Shown here: positions 22,899-35,452 of the stretch, in pieces
Position numbering within the stretch: position 1 is the first letter of the stretch
How the letters are laid out: each line of letters begins with the position of its first letter
Assembly (NCBI GenBank): GCA_013416795.1
Contig: RQSC01000022.1
Span: 157,712-221,711 of the forward strand
Source of the DNA: Prasinococcaceae sp. CCMP 1430
Taxonomy: Eukaryota; Plantae; Prasinodermophyta
Length of the DNA: 64,000 bases
Direction of reading: 5' to 3'
The notes under the pieces: generated by a model
Database searches by the model: none
Seen by the model: the letters and a program-made list of their open reading frames with translations, nothing else
Told to the model about the DNA's origin: nothing
Translations under genes and position numbers: made by a program

Positions 22899-25800
22899 GC
22901 CCGAGGAGGACCCCGGCAAGCCGCGATCCATCGGCGTGGTGGGCGCCGCCTTCGTGGTTCACTGCCTGCAGGCGCAGCGCGCGGCGGCCACGCCCGCCGG
23001 CGGCGCTTCGAAGGGACAGCGCGGTGCGGGCGGCCGCGCGGTGGCGCCCGCGCTTCCCGAGGAGCTGCCGCCGGTGGCCATCTCCCTGGATGCCGCCATG
23101 GAGCTGCTGGTGGGGCCCGTCGACGTCCAAGGCGGCGCGACGGCGGTGGCGGGTCCCAACGTGGGCGCCAAGCTCAAGCGGCGCGTGTACGACGTCGTGG
23201 CCATGCTGGAGGCGTTGGGTGTGGTCACGCGCGGCGAGGGCATGTTCGACTTCGACCAGCGCGGCCAGATCCTTTTCAAGGGCTTCGGCGCGCTCCCGTG
23301 CGTCGTGGCGGCCATCGCGGGCGCCGGCGGCGACGAGCCCTTCCCCGAGGACCCCACGCTCGTCTACGACGCGGCGGCAAACGGCACGCTGGCGGCGGCG
23401 CGCGCGGCGGCGGTGGACACCAGCAGCACCGAGGAGGAGTACCTCGACCTGTCCTCGCCGCCGTCGGCGCCGGTGCCCGCCGAGGACGTCTACGGCGCGG
23501 GCGGCGCGGCCGTCCGCGCGGGCGTGGGCGCCCTCGTCGGCGCCGAGTCCGCCCTCATCGCGGGCGGCGGTGGCGACGACTCGCAGGCGTGTGTCCAAGA
23601 CGTGGACTACGGCGCCCTCGGTGCGACCGTCGGCATCGTCCCAGACGCTGCCACCGCCGCCACCATCACCTTGTCGGCGTCGGCATCGCTTCCCGACCTG
23701 TCGCTGCCAGCCGTATCGCTGGCGCCCACGCCGCCGCCGTCGCCGCCGAGGGCGGCCCCGGTCTCCGTCGGCGCCGACGCCGGAGGCCTTGCAGGCTGCG
23801 CCACGAAGGGAAAGGGCAACGACCCTGCCGCCGCTCAGGCTGCCGTCGCCGCCAGCGCCGCGCCGAAGAACGAGGGTGAGAATGGCGTTGGCGCGGCCAA
23901 GCCCGCGGCGGGCACGGAGGGGCCCTCGCAGGTCTCAGTGACCGGCGCGCCGAACACGGGCGCAGCCGCGTCCGTCGGCAGGGTACCGCCGCAGCCGCAG
24001 CCGCAGCCGCAGCAGCCCTTCGTGGGCGTAGGCCACCCCGCTTTGACGTCGCAGCAGCAGGCGGCCATTCTGTCGTTTCAGGGGCAGGCGCACTTTCTGA
24101 CGACGTCCTACGCGGCACCCGCGCCGCCAGCGCTCCCCATGTCACCCAAGGAGCTCACGGAGCTCAGCAACACCGCGGCGGTCATGGCGGGGGCGCTCGG
24201 CGACGCCGCAACGGCCGCCGGGCAGGCGACACACGCAGGCGCGCTGTCGCCGACGGCCGCCACGGCGTCCAGCCCGCTTGTGAGCGCGCTCCTGGCAGCC
24301 GCAGCGCTGGCGGACGCCGCCGAGGCGGCGCCCGCATCCGCAGCCGCGCCTGACTCGGGCGTGCCGGCGGCGGCGTGCGCGTCGCCGCTGGTCTTCGACA
24401 AGGGACTGACGGTCGCCATGCAGCAGCAGCGCGACAGGCACCAGCAACACCAGCAGCTGCTGCAGCTGCAGCAGCAGCAGCAGCAGCAGCAGCAGCTCTT
24501 GGCGGCGCATCAGGCGCCGCAAGGGCAGCAGCAGCTGTGGGCGCTCGGCGGCATGACCACCGGCATGGGGGTGAACGTGAGCAGCGCGATGGGCGTGCAT
24601 CAGGCCGCGTATCCGCCCCCGCCGCACCAGGCGCCGCACGTCTTTCACCAGCAGGCCGCCTTTGGGACGGCGCAGATCGGCCACGCGAGGTCCCCCACGG
24701 GGGTCGTCCCGGATGCGGGCGCCGTCGCCATGGCCGCCGGCACTGTCGGGGCGACGCCGGCTGGCATGGGCGCAAGCGTCGGCGGCGTCAACGTCGCGCA
24801 GCAGCAGTCCGCCGTCTACAACGGCGCGCTGAACATCATGTTCAACAATCCCTCGGCGGTGGCGGCGATGCAGCAGCAGCTCGGCGTCGGCGTCGGGGCG
24901 TCCGTCGCGGGAGCCACGCAGCACCAGCAGCCCGGGCAGCAGCTGCTGACCATGCAGCAGCCAGTGAACGATTTCTCGAGCGCCATGGCTGCTGGGATGA
25001 GCAGCGCGGCCGGGGGCGCGGGCGTGCCCTTCGGCCTCGGGCTCCCTCACGTGTACAGCGCGGGCAACCTCAGCGACACTGTGCTCGGCGTGTCACCGTT
25101 CGCGCGCGCCACGAGCGCCGCGCTGCAGACTGCCGGCGGTGGGCGCGGCATTGCCGTCACTCCGACGAGCATGGAGCAGTACTCGCCAAAGGATGCCTCG
25201 CTTGACTACAAAAGTTGGCAGCGGGAGGGCCTGGTGGTCGATGGGACCGTCCGTGGCAAGGGCGCTCCCGGCGTCGCTGACGAGGCGGGCTCTGGCGGAG
25301 GGGCCGAGCGAAAGCGGGGCCGGGGGAAAGCCCGGCTGTTCGACCCGTCGCCCACGAGCTCCAAGAGGCAGCGGCAGCTGGCGACGGAGCGGCGGCGACA
25401 GGTGGCGAGTGGCTACGGAGCGGCAACAGGCACAGCCAGGGCGGCGGCCAAGGGCAGGGGAGGTGGCGGCAATGCGGCCGGCGGCGCGTCGCGCGGGCAA
25501 TGCGAGAAGACATCCGGCGCGCCGCCCAAGAGGTCGCGGGTCCCTTCCAAGGGCACAGGAGGCAAGGGCGGTGGCGACGAGGAGGATGCCGGGGAGGGGC
25601 GCAACGAGGGCGGGGGGCGCAAGGGCAAACGCGCCAAGCCCAAGGGCGGGCGCGTCCCGATCCTGACGTGGCACTTCATGCACGCGCTCATCGTTGCGCG
25701 TGGCAGTCGCCTCTCACTCGCCGACTGTGCGGAGGAGCTGCCTCGCCGCCCCGACGAGACAACTCGCAACCTGTTGCGGCGGCTGTACGACGTCGCAAAC

Positions 25801-26769
25801 CTGCTCGAGGGCATCTGCCTCGTGTCGAAGACGAGTGCCAAGCCGGCCTCTGCTGCGGCTGGCAGCACGAGCAACATCTTCTACCGGTGGACCGGCGCAG
25901 AGCGCAGCGTCCTTCGAGACGGCGGGCTCAGGCTCTCCACGCAGATCGTGGCCTCGTACAAGGCCGCGGGTGGGTCCAGCGTCTTCCCTAACATCGCCGC
26001 CTCCCTGGACGCACCGGGCACAGCAACAAAATCCGCAGCCAAAAACAGGCGAACCCCTGCTGCGCACCCTCCGCTCCCGCCACGAGCGACCGCGGGCGCG
26101 GCGGGCAAAGGGGGGACACCAGGCAAGATGAAGAAGGAACGAAACGCCGCTGCCGGAGGAGCGGGGGAGGGCGGCGCACTCGTATCCGCCGCGGGCGCGA
26201 AAGGGAGGAAGCAGCCGTCCGCGCGACAGAGGAGCGCCGCCTCCGGCAGAGCTGTCGCGCCCCGGCCGCAGCAGGAGGAAAAGGCGGAGGCGCGCGCCTC
26301 CCACCTGAGAAATGCCGGAGGTGGCAGGCAGAGGAGAAAGCCATCGCCGGCGCCCGCCGCCGAGGTAGAACCACCAGCGGCGAGTGCCGGTACAGACTTT
26401 GGCCCGCTCGCGGTGAGCACCGGCTTCGACGGGCTGACGCCGAGTATGATGGCGCCCGCCATGGACTCCGTTGGCAACAAAAGCAGTGGCAACGGCACCA
26501 ATGAGGACGTGCTCGAGGACGCCGCTGCCACGCTGCTGAAGATCGCCTCGACGGATGATCTGCTCGCGCTCGGCGCGCAGCATTTTAGCGCGGGCGGTGG
26601 CGGCAGCGGGCACGCCGGCGTGCCGCCTCTGGTCGGCGCGGCCGTCCCCGACGTGCAACAGCAGTTGTACGACCCACTCGCGGGGGAGGACGCAGGCACC
26701 GTCGGCGCCGGCAGCGATGGACCGGTTCGCCACTCTGAAAGCAGCGCCCGGGTGAACGCGCTTGCGTGA
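22899..26769 (+). CDS. Atypical E2F (DEL/E2F7-8-like) with two winged-helix DNA-binding domains
   Basis: DBD1 RSIGVVGAAFV...KRRVYDVVAMLEALGVV; DBD2 RVPILTWHFM...RRLYDVANLLEGICLVSK...YRWTG; poly-Gln linker; an acceptor at about 22898 implies an upstream exon. Confidence 0.82.
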
Positions 26770-27189
26770 GCGCGCGCATGCATCTTCATCAGCAACAGCG
26801 GGCTCGCGTCACGCGGACGGGAGGTGCGCGCCCCTAAGAGGCTCGGCGGACAGGCGAATGATGAGGCAGCGCGGGCATGCGGATGTGCGTCTGCGACGCA
26901 CGCGCACTCGGGCGCGCGGCGGGCGCACGAACGCGCAGTGTCGGCATGCCCCACCAGAGATAGAGGCGGACCGACCAGTGCCGCGCAGAGACGAGGGCAT
27001 CGGCACGCGAGTAGGAGCAGGGTGCGCGCAGATGTGAGCACGGCCAGCGAGCAAGCACCATGCGGGAAGTAAGTGAACTTACATAGGCCACACACACGCG
27101 CGCATCCGAGGCCACGATCGCACTCGCACATCGTCGCGCACACGCCCGCGGCGCCCGTTCGCCGGTGCGCCCGGTGTCCCCTCGCGCCT

Positions 27190-28603
27190 ACGTGTACCAC
27201 GTGATGGCGGCGAGGAACCGGTCGAACGAGAGCATCCCGGTGCCGCGCGCGGCCTTGCGCAGCGCGCCATCGAGCAACCCGGTCGCTGCCGCCGTTGGGT
27301 CGAGGCCGCTGAGGACGAGCAGCGCGGGTATCTCTGAAACGCGCAGCTCGGCGGTGCCTGGGCGGGCCATCGCCAAAAACGCGTGTCGCAGGCGTTTCAG
27401 AGCGCTGTCTGGCATGCCACCGGTGTCGAGCTCCATCCCTCCGGAGCTCGCCGTGCCTGTGACCCTCCCATCACCGCCGGACGTCGCCGCGTCCCCCGTG
27501 CCTGCCGCGAACGAGCGCCCCGTCGCGCCGAGCGACGTCGAAAACGGAGCCGCCGACCTCGCCGGCGTCGCCGGCATCGAGATCCCGTTGATCGACAGCC
27601 CGGCGCCTTCCGCCCACAGCGTGCCGCTGAACGCCGTGCGGCAGCGCGGCGCGTGCGCGCTTACGCCGAGACTGGCAGCGCCTGCTACGGCTGCGCTCGT
27701 TCCGGGCCGCGCGGCTCGCGCCGCGGCGTTGGCCTCGGCCACCTCGCGGCGGCGAATGGCGCGCTCCGCCTTTGCGCTGCGCACGGCACGAATGCGCTCC
27801 ACCTGCGCGTATACGACGCCGCTCGGAGCGGCCAGCTTCAAGCGCGGCAGCGCATCGTGCCGCCGGACCGTGGCCGCGGCCTTTGAGGACAATGCGTCCT
27901 CGGAGATTTCCACAGCCGCGCTGCCGCCGTCGATGGTATCATCGAGAGCCTCCGGGGCGCCCGCGTCGCCGTCGCTCGCGCCCCGGCTCCGTCCGGGCGC
28001 GAGCGACGCCGCCTCAGCGACGGCCGCCTCCTGGAGCAGCGCCTCGAGCTCGTCAAAGGGGATGGGCACCACGGTGCCGCAGCGCAGGCAGTCCCCCGCC
28101 CACTCGCCGACATACTTCTGCCCTCTCGACAGCCAGTAGTACGCACCGGGGCCCTCGCGCTTCTCGTCGGCCCAGCATCCCTTGAAGAGGTCTCCGCTGG
28201 CGAGGCGCAGCGTGCCGCCGCCCTCGCGCTTCCCCGCTACCCACCCGCCGTCGTACACGGCGCCGCAAAGGTACGACATGCGCCCGATGCCGTTGCGCAC
28301 GCCGTTGCGGAACTCGCCCACGTACACCTCCCCCGTGCGGCAGTGCTCCGCGCCGCAGCCGTGCCGCCGCCCCCGCGCCCACTCGCCGTCGTACGCCAGC
28401 CGCGTGCCGCCCGCGCCGCGCCCGTCTGGCACGCGCAGCGTGCCCGCGCCGTGCGGCCGCCCGGCGAGGAGCTGCCCCTCGTAGACGCCGCCGCCGCGCG
28501 CCGCGATGACTCCGTACGACTTGACCATCCTCTCTCGCGCGGGCGCCGCCGCGGGGCGGCGCGGCAGCGTGGGCGACGGAGGCGCCAAGGCGCGCCGCAG
28601 CAT
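27190..28603 (-). CDS. MORN-repeat protein with a C-terminal EF-hand-like region
   Basis: YEGQLLAGRPHGAG, YDGEWARGRRHGCG, YVGEFRNGVRNGIG, YDGGWVAGKREGGG; C-terminal LKRLRHAF...LSFDRFL. Confidence 0.85.
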
Positions 28604-30016
28604 GACCGCGGCGGGCGCCTCCACCTCGCGGTACTGCGCGCTGGGCGTGACGTCCAGCGCCTCGCGCCGCGCCAAGGACGCGCCCGCGGCGCCGTCGCCC
28701 ACATGCACGGAGATTTCTCTGCTCCGTCGCGCCGCCGGGGGAGACGCCGTCCGCACGGAGCGCCGCCGGCGACGCGGGGGCCATCGCCTCGGAGCCCCGC
28801 GCGCCGGCCGCGCTCCTGCGCTGCGCTGCGCTGCGCTACGCTGTGCCGTGCTGCGCCGCGACAGCCGGCATCCCTCCTCCTCCGCCGGGCCAACCACCCA
28901 CCCCACTCCCCCCACCCCCGGCCTGGAAGCCCTCCAGTTCCACTGCCTCCCCACCCCACGCCGCGCCACCCTACACACCGCCCCTCCTCCGACCCACGCT
29001 CGCCCCCGGCCCCTTGCGCCGGCCGAGCGCGCCCGCCAAGGCCGCGGGCCGCGCCAGAGTGACGCCGTCGGTGCCGCCGCGTGCACGCACACGCACACGC
29101 ACACACGCACGCACGCGCACACGCACGCACGCACACGCGCACGCGCCCGCGGCGCCCGCGGCCCAAACGGGCACAGACAGCCGCTGGGAGGGTGCTTGGA
29201 AGCAGGTCGAATTCCGTCGATTACATATCATACTCTGAAAAACTCTGAAAATATTTGCATGAGAGTCATCATTACAATTATATATTTCTGTATGTGTGTG
29301 ATTTAGGGGAGACATCACGTGGTATTGTGCGGATTTGAGCGGGCCGAAACGGGGCATTGCGGCGAGTGGCGCGCGCTCGGGGAACTGCGGGGTGTGGGGT
29401 GTGGGGTGTGGGGTGTGGGGTGTGGAGCGGAGGCACTGGGCCGCCACACCCGGCGGCGTCGCGCGCGCTCGCGCGCGCGCGTGCGCCCTAGCGCCCGCAG
29501 GGATGGCGCGGCCGCGAGCGGGCGCCCCCGNNNNNNNNNNNNNNNNNNNNNNNNNNNNNNNNNNNNNNNNNNNNNNNNNNNNNNNNNNNNNNNNNNNNNN
29601 NNNNNNNNNNNNNNNNNNNNNNNNNNNNNNNNNNNNNNNNNNNNNNNNNNNNNNNNNNNNNNNNNNNNNNNNNNNNNNNNNNNNNNNNNNNNNNNNNNNN
29701 NNNNNNNNNNNNNNNNNNNNNNNNNNNNNNNNNNNNNNNNNNNNNNNNNNNNNNNNNNNNNNNNNNNNNNNNNNNNNNNNNNNNNNNNNNNNNNNNNNNN
29801 NNNNNNNNNNNNNNNNNNNNNNNNNNNNNNNNNNNNNNNNNNNNNNNNNNNNNNNNNNNNNNNNNNNNNNNNNNNNNNNNNNNNNNNNNNNNNNNNNNNN
29901 NNNNNNNNNNNNNNNNNNNNNNNNNNNNNNNNNNNNNNNNNNNNNNNNNNNNNNNNNNNNNNNNNNNNNNNNNNNNNNNNNNNNNNNNNNNNNNNNNNNN
30001 NNNNNNNNNNNNNNNC

Positions 30017-32114
30017 GGCGGCGGCGCGCGGGCCGTCGTACGGCGTGTCGGCGGCGGCGGCGGGCGACGTGCGCTGCTGCGCGGCCTCGCAGGGCCACCT
30101 CTTCGTGGGCAATGCCGCCGGCGAGCTCGTCGCGGTGCAGCTGGCCACGCTCGGCGTCGTCGTGCGTGCGACCGTGCACGACGGCGCCCCCGTCGACGCC
30201 ATTGCGGCCAGCGGCGCGGCGCTGCGCGACGCCGGCGGGCCCACGCTGATTGCAAGCGCCAGCGGCGCGATGGTCGCCGTGTACGCCGTCGACCTCGAGA
30301 GGCGCGCGCTCGACCTCGTCGCCGCGGGGCCGCCGCCGCAGAGCTTTGCCGCGGGCGCCGGCGCGGACGCCGGCGCGAGCGGCGGCGCCGAGTCCATCCG
30401 CGCGATTGACTTTGCCCCCGACGGTCGACACCTGGTGCTCTGCGGCTCGCGCGGATCGCTGGCGGTGCTCGCCCTGCCCGCGCCGAGCACGCGCCCGGCG
30501 GCGGGCGCTCTCGGCGCCGAGCGCGCGGCCGACGGCGCGCCGAGCGACGCCGCAGAGGGCGCGACGTCCGCTGACGCGTCGACGCCCGCCTCGGCGCCCG
30601 CGCCCGCGCTCGTTCTGGAGGTGCTTCCTGCGCTCGCGCTCGAGCACAGCGGCGCCGCCAGCCGCAGACGCACCGCCCTGGGGACGGCGCACGCGCACTT
30701 GGTGCTCGCGCAGGCGACCGCTCCCCCACGCGGCGACGAGCTGGGCTACCCGGTGCTGGGCTCGCCGCCGCCCCATGCCGCGGGCGTCTGGGTGTGGTGG
30801 GAGGGCGCCAATGCGCTGGTGCTGTACGCCTTCGGAGCCGTCGGCGCCGCCGCGGGCAAGGCTCCCGCCCCAGAGCGGAGCTTCGTGACGCCGCACGAGG
30901 TCACGTCGAGCGCGATGAGCGCCGACGGCGCAACGCTCGCCACCGGGATGGTCGACGGCACGGTGCTGCTGTGGAGCACGCACCTGGGGATGCAGGAGGG
31001 CCGATTCGGGAGGCTGAGCGCGCCCGCGAGGTCGGTGGCGTTCACGACGGGCGCCAACCGCGCGATCGTGGCGGCGGCGGCCGACGGCGCCGTGCGGCTG
31101 CACCAGCATCGCGCGGAGGGCGGTGCCAGCGCCGGCGGGATGGGGGTCGTCGCCGGGCGTGTGGACGGGCCCGCGGGTGCGCTGCAGCTGCTTGGCGATT
31201 CGTCGGTCGCCGTGGTGGTGGCCGGCGAGGAGCGCCTGCAGCTGTACGACGCCGCCGGCGGGGCGGTGCTGCTCGCCGACATCGTGCCGCCCGCCGGCAT
31301 GCGTTTCGTGGCGCAGGGCGGGGGCGTCTGTGTGCTCGGGCCGAACTCGGTGGCGCCGGGCGAGCCCACCCTGCTGATGCTCGCCAGGGCCAGCGCCGTC
31401 GACGGCGGCTCGGACGGCGGCCGCTCGGCGGCGGGCGATCGCGCGATCGCAAGCGAGGCGGACGGGGAGGGGCGCGCGGGAGAAGAGCGAGCGCCGCCTT
31501 CGGAGGCGGCGCCGTCTGAGACGGAGGGCGCTCCCGACGGCGCGCAGGACGGCGCCCTGAGCGGCGCGTGCAGCGTGTTCGTGTACGAGCTGGCGGACTA
31601 CCTGCCGGACACGCTGGGCGCCGAGCCGCCGGTCATGGTGGAGCGCGAGCTTCACAAGCCCATGCTGGTGCCCGTGCCTCCGTCCACCGCGCCGGGCGTC
31701 ACCGCCGGCACGCAGGCGGGCCACAGGCTCGGCGCCTCCGCGACAGATGCCCCGGCGCCGCCGCCCCTGCCGACCCAGGTGCTGCACGCCCGTCGGCGCC
31801 ACCTGACGACCGGCAGCAGCCGGCCGGCAACGGGCGCGAGCAGCCCAAGGGCGAGCTCGAACCCCTCGCCTCTGCGCATTCGCACGCGCCTGAGCGACGC
31901 GCCCCACGGCCAGGGCGCGCTCGGTCCGGAGGGCGTCGGCGACGGGGGGGCGGCTGGCGGCGCGTTCGACGCGACCGACCCCTCGCAGGCCATCCTCGGC
32001 ATCCTGCAGCGCCTGCAGGGGCGGCGCGGCGGCCGCCACCAGCGCGAGCGGCGCATCGCCCGGCGCACGAGCGAGCTCATGCGCGCGCTGGCGCAGGAGG
32101 CCGCGCCCGTGTAG
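30017..32114 (+). CDS. WD40/beta-propeller protein (5' part in a gap)
   Basis: IRAIDFAPDGRHLVLCG, VTSSAMSADGATLATGMVDGTVLLWS, ARSVAF...DGAVRLH. Confidence 0.7.
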
Positions 32115-32371
32115 TCGCGCGAGGGCACGCAGCGCGCATGAGCTCGCTCTTGCTTGCGCCGGGCGATGCGTCGCTCGCGCTGGCGCAGGAGGCCGCGCCC
32201 GTGTAGTCGCGCGAAGGCACGCAGCGCGGCCCACGCCAGCCTCGTCGCCGCCGTGGCCTCGCTGTCACCCCCCCCCCCCCACCACCACGGCGCTGCTGGG
32301 CTGGCTGCGCTCGTGCGGTCGCCGCCGTGGGCATTCGGAGCATTGTACTATATCAAAATGCATTACATTAC

Positions 32372-32387
32372 AAACCCTAACCCTAAA
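32372..32387 (+). promoter_or_regulatory. Telo-box-like motif AAACCCTAACCCTAAA upstream of mago
   Basis: Telomere-type motif in an AT-rich island; similar motifs at 34443-34460, 35028-35043, 47950-47960, 49299-49307 and 54321-54330. Confidence 0.45.
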
Positions 32388-32659
32388 TATCGCCGTGTTG
32401 GGGGTGCTGGCCGGCGCCGCGCCACAGCGCGAGCGCGCGGCGCCCGCAGGGCGGGCGGCCCGCGCGTCGCCCCAGGCAGCTCGAGGGGCGTCAGGAGCGC
32501 TCGTGGCCGCCCGCCGAGGCGCGCGGAGTCTGCGAGGGCGGAGAGGGCGGACGCGCGCGCGTGCAAGCACTCATACATACTGTACACACACACGCACAGA
32601 CACACACGCCCGCACACGCACAGACACACGCACACACATCCCCCCCGCCGACCCGCGGG

Positions 32660-33325
32660 ATGGGCGGCGCCGAGGGCCCGGGCGCGGACGCGGCGCTGCC
32701 CGCTGGTGGCGCGCCGCCCGCCGCTCCCCGTCCGGCGGACGCGGACGCGGTGGCGGCGGCCGTCGCGGCCGCCCGCGACGAGTTCTACGTGCGGTACTAC
32801 GTCGGGCGCCGCGGGCGCCACGGGCACGAGTTCCTCGAGATCGAGCTGCGCAGCGACGGCCGGCTGCGGTACGCCAACCAGAGCCGCTACGGGGGCGAGG
32901 CGCGGATCAGGAAGGTGGGGTGCGCGCTCGGCACCGAGCCCGCCCGCGCCGCGCGCGTTCGCGCTCTGTCCGCCGCGCGCTCTGACGGCTTGCCCTGCGC
33001 GCGCCATCGCCCTGCCGCGCAGGAGTGCGTGCTGTCGCAGGCGTGCGTGCGCGAGGTGCGAAGGCTTGTCACCGAGTCGGGCATCGTGCAGGAGGATGAC
33101 GCGCGCTGGCCGGAGCCGAGCGGCGAGGACGGCGGCAGGCAGGAGCTGGAGGTTGTGCTCGGGGCGGAGCACGTGTCGTTCGTCACCGCGGAGACCGAGT
33201 CGCTGAGCAGCGCCCGCGCGTCGCGCGACCCGCGCGGCCTCGAGCGGCTGTACTACTGCGTCCAGGACCTCAAGGCCATCGTGCTCAGCCTGATGTCGCT
33301 GCACTTCAAGGAGCGGCCCGTGTGA
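32660..33325 (+). CDS. MAGOH: Mago nashi (exon junction complex core), divergent; intron 32915-33022
   Basis: EFYVRYYVG...GHEFLE...DGRLRYAN...IRKE...EDD..WPEP...GRQELEVVLGAEHVSF...YYCVQDLK...SLHFK. Confidence 0.9.
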   Translation: MGGAEGPGADAALPAGGAPPAAPRPADADAVAAAVAAARDEFYVRYYVGRRGRHGHEFLEIELRSDGRLRYANQSRYGGEARIRKVGCALGTEPARAARVRALSAARSDGLPCARHRPAAQECVLSQACVREVRRLVTESGIVQEDDARWPEPSGEDGGRQELEVVLGAEHVSFVTAETESLSSARASRDPRGLERLYYCVQDLKAIVLSLMSLHFKERPV

Positions 33326-33511
33326 GCGGCGCGCCGCGACCGCTCGCACGAAACCTCTCTGGGGTAAACATTAACGGTGGTGGGGGGGGGCGATGTGCGG
33401 GCTCCGCCGAGCGCGCGCGCGCTCGCCCGCGTCGCGCGATCCCTCCTCTCGGCGGGGGCTTTGTACAGTCGAGGGGCGCGGCGGGCCGCGTCGCGGCGGC
33501 GGCGCCGCCGC

Positions 33512-34372
33512 TCAGCGGTTGCCGATGATGCCCTTCTCGGCGTTCGCGGAGGCCTGCGCCAGCAGCATGTCGAGGTTCTTCTTCTCGAGCAGGTTCTCCT
33601 GCGTCTTGAGGACGTTGTCGATGAGGCCGTACACCACCGCGCCCTCGGGCGTCAGGTAGAAGGGCCGCGACACGTCCTTCTCGACCTTCTCGACCTTCTG
33701 TCCGGTGTGGCGCGCGATGGCCTCGTAGTACACGCGCGCGTTGGCCTCGGTCTCGTCGGCCTTGATCTTGACGTCCGACACGGGGCCGGCCGTCTGGTTC
33801 ATGACGGGCGCCATGAGCTTGATCTGCGCGTGCGGCAGCGCGAAGCGCTTGCCCTTGGCGCCGCGGCTGAGGATCATGGCCGCCTGGCCGAAGGCGCGCC
33901 CGATGGCGATGGTGTGGATGGTGGGCTTGATGTAGCTCATGGTGTCCGCGATGGCGTACGCCTCGGTCTCGAAGCCGACGCTCTGCCCCTCGGCGTTCTG
34001 CGACCCCTCCGAGTTGATGTACACGTACACGGGCTTCTCGGGCGAGTCGTACTGCAGCCAGAGGAGCTGCGCGATCACCAGCTCTGTCACGCTCGGCACG
34101 AGGGGCATGCCGACGTACACGATGCGCGAGTCCAGCAGCATCGACGGGAGGTCGGGGGGCGCCTGCGAGGCGGCGCCGAACCCGCCGCCCGCCGCCACGC
34201 CGCCGCCGCCCACCATCGCGGTCGCGGTGCGCCCCGCCATGCTCGTCTCGGCGCGGTAGTGCGACGACGCGCCGATCAGCTCGTCCGACGGCAGCACGAG
34301 GCGCGACGCCACGTCGTCCGACGGGCCGCACAGCCCCATGCCCCGCATCTGCTTCGGCGTCAGCCCGTACAT
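33512..34372 (-). CDS. clpR: Plastid Clp protease non-catalytic subunit (ClpR-type); upstream exon likely
   Basis: PPDLPSMLLDSRIVYVGMPLVPSVTELVIAQLLWLQY...YINSEG; GRAFGQAAMIL lacks the catalytic Ser; PFYLTPEGAVVYGLID. Confidence 0.88.
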   Translation of the reverse strand: MYGLTPKQMRGMGLCGPSDDVASRLVLPSDELIGASSHYRAETSMAGRTATAMVGGGGVAAGGGFGAASQAPPDLPSMLLDSRIVYVGMPLVPSVTELVIAQLLWLQYDSPEKPVYVYINSEGSQNAEGQSVGFETEAYAIADTMSYIKPTIHTIAIGRAFGQAAMILSRGAKGKRFALPHAQIKLMAPVMNQTAGPVSDVKIKADETEANARVYYEAIARHTGQKVEKVEKDVSRPFYLTPEGAVVYGLIDNVLKTQENLLEKKNLDMLLAQASANAEKGIIGNR

Positions 34373-35452
34373 CGCGGGCGGCGCTGCGGGGCGGAGCGGC
34401 CAGCATCCCGCCGCGGCGGGGTCGGCGTGGTTCCGGGTAAGCTTTAGGGTATAGGGTTTACTGTATTACCACCTGTACNTGCGTGCCAGCTGCACAGACC
34501 CACGCCGCGCATGCCTCCGGTGGCCTGGCTGAGGTCGCGATGGCGTACTCGTGCGGCGTGGCGGCCTTTGTGGCTGGCGCGGCGATGCTCACGTGCGCGG
34601 TCACAGCAGCGGTTAGCCACGCGCAGCGTAAGTGACCGCCGGCCGCGTGCGCCGCGCGCGCACGCTGTGGCGCCGCCCCGGCGCGCGCGCCTCTTCTTTG
34701 CCCGCACGTTCGAACTCATTTTGACATATCACAATACATTATTCAAAATGCATCCATACGATGAAAATATATGTGCTATGATGTATACTTCTTGGACGTG
34801 TGAATAAACATAATCATCTCCTCATGGGTGCATTTTGACCCGCGCTCCCCGCGCGCGCGCGCGCGGCGCGCGCCCCCAAGGATCCGCCCTTTGCCAGCCC
34901 TAACCCGAACCAATGATGCGCTCAATAAATTACATATTGAAGACGTCATTCCGCGAAATTGTATATGTATATACACACATCTTTGTAAAATATTTGCCGC
35001 GATATGCGGGGGGTACGCCGCGATGCCTTTAGGGTACAGGGTTCCGAAAAGAGCAGGAGGAATGCAGGAAGGCGTTTCGACGTGGGATTCCATTTGGATT
35101 CCGCAGATCGACGCAGCGGAAGGCGAAATTTCGATGCATTCGACGGATTCGGAGGAATTCGAGCGGGTACTTTGGAACCCTCGCCTTATCCGCGCCGCAG
35201 GCAGGGCTGCTGGCTGCTGCCGGGTGCGCAGCAGCGGTGACGCGCCTGTGCGTGCGCGTGTGTGTGTGTGCGTGTGTGTGCGTCTGCGTGCGTGTGTGTG
35301 CGTCTGCGTGCGTGTGTGTGTGTGTGTATGCGTGTGTGTGTGTGTGCGTGTGCGTGTGTGTGCGTGTGTGTGTGTGCGTGTGTGGACGCGCGCGTGTGTG
35401 CGCGTACCAGACCGCGCGGCTGTGGCTCGGCAGCACGCCCCCCCGGGCGGCG

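Noticed and set aside
29319-30016. ORFs extended through N gaps (also 51481-53412, 21180-22931)
   Set aside because: Openness is an artefact of X codons; no coding evidence can be drawn across gaps.
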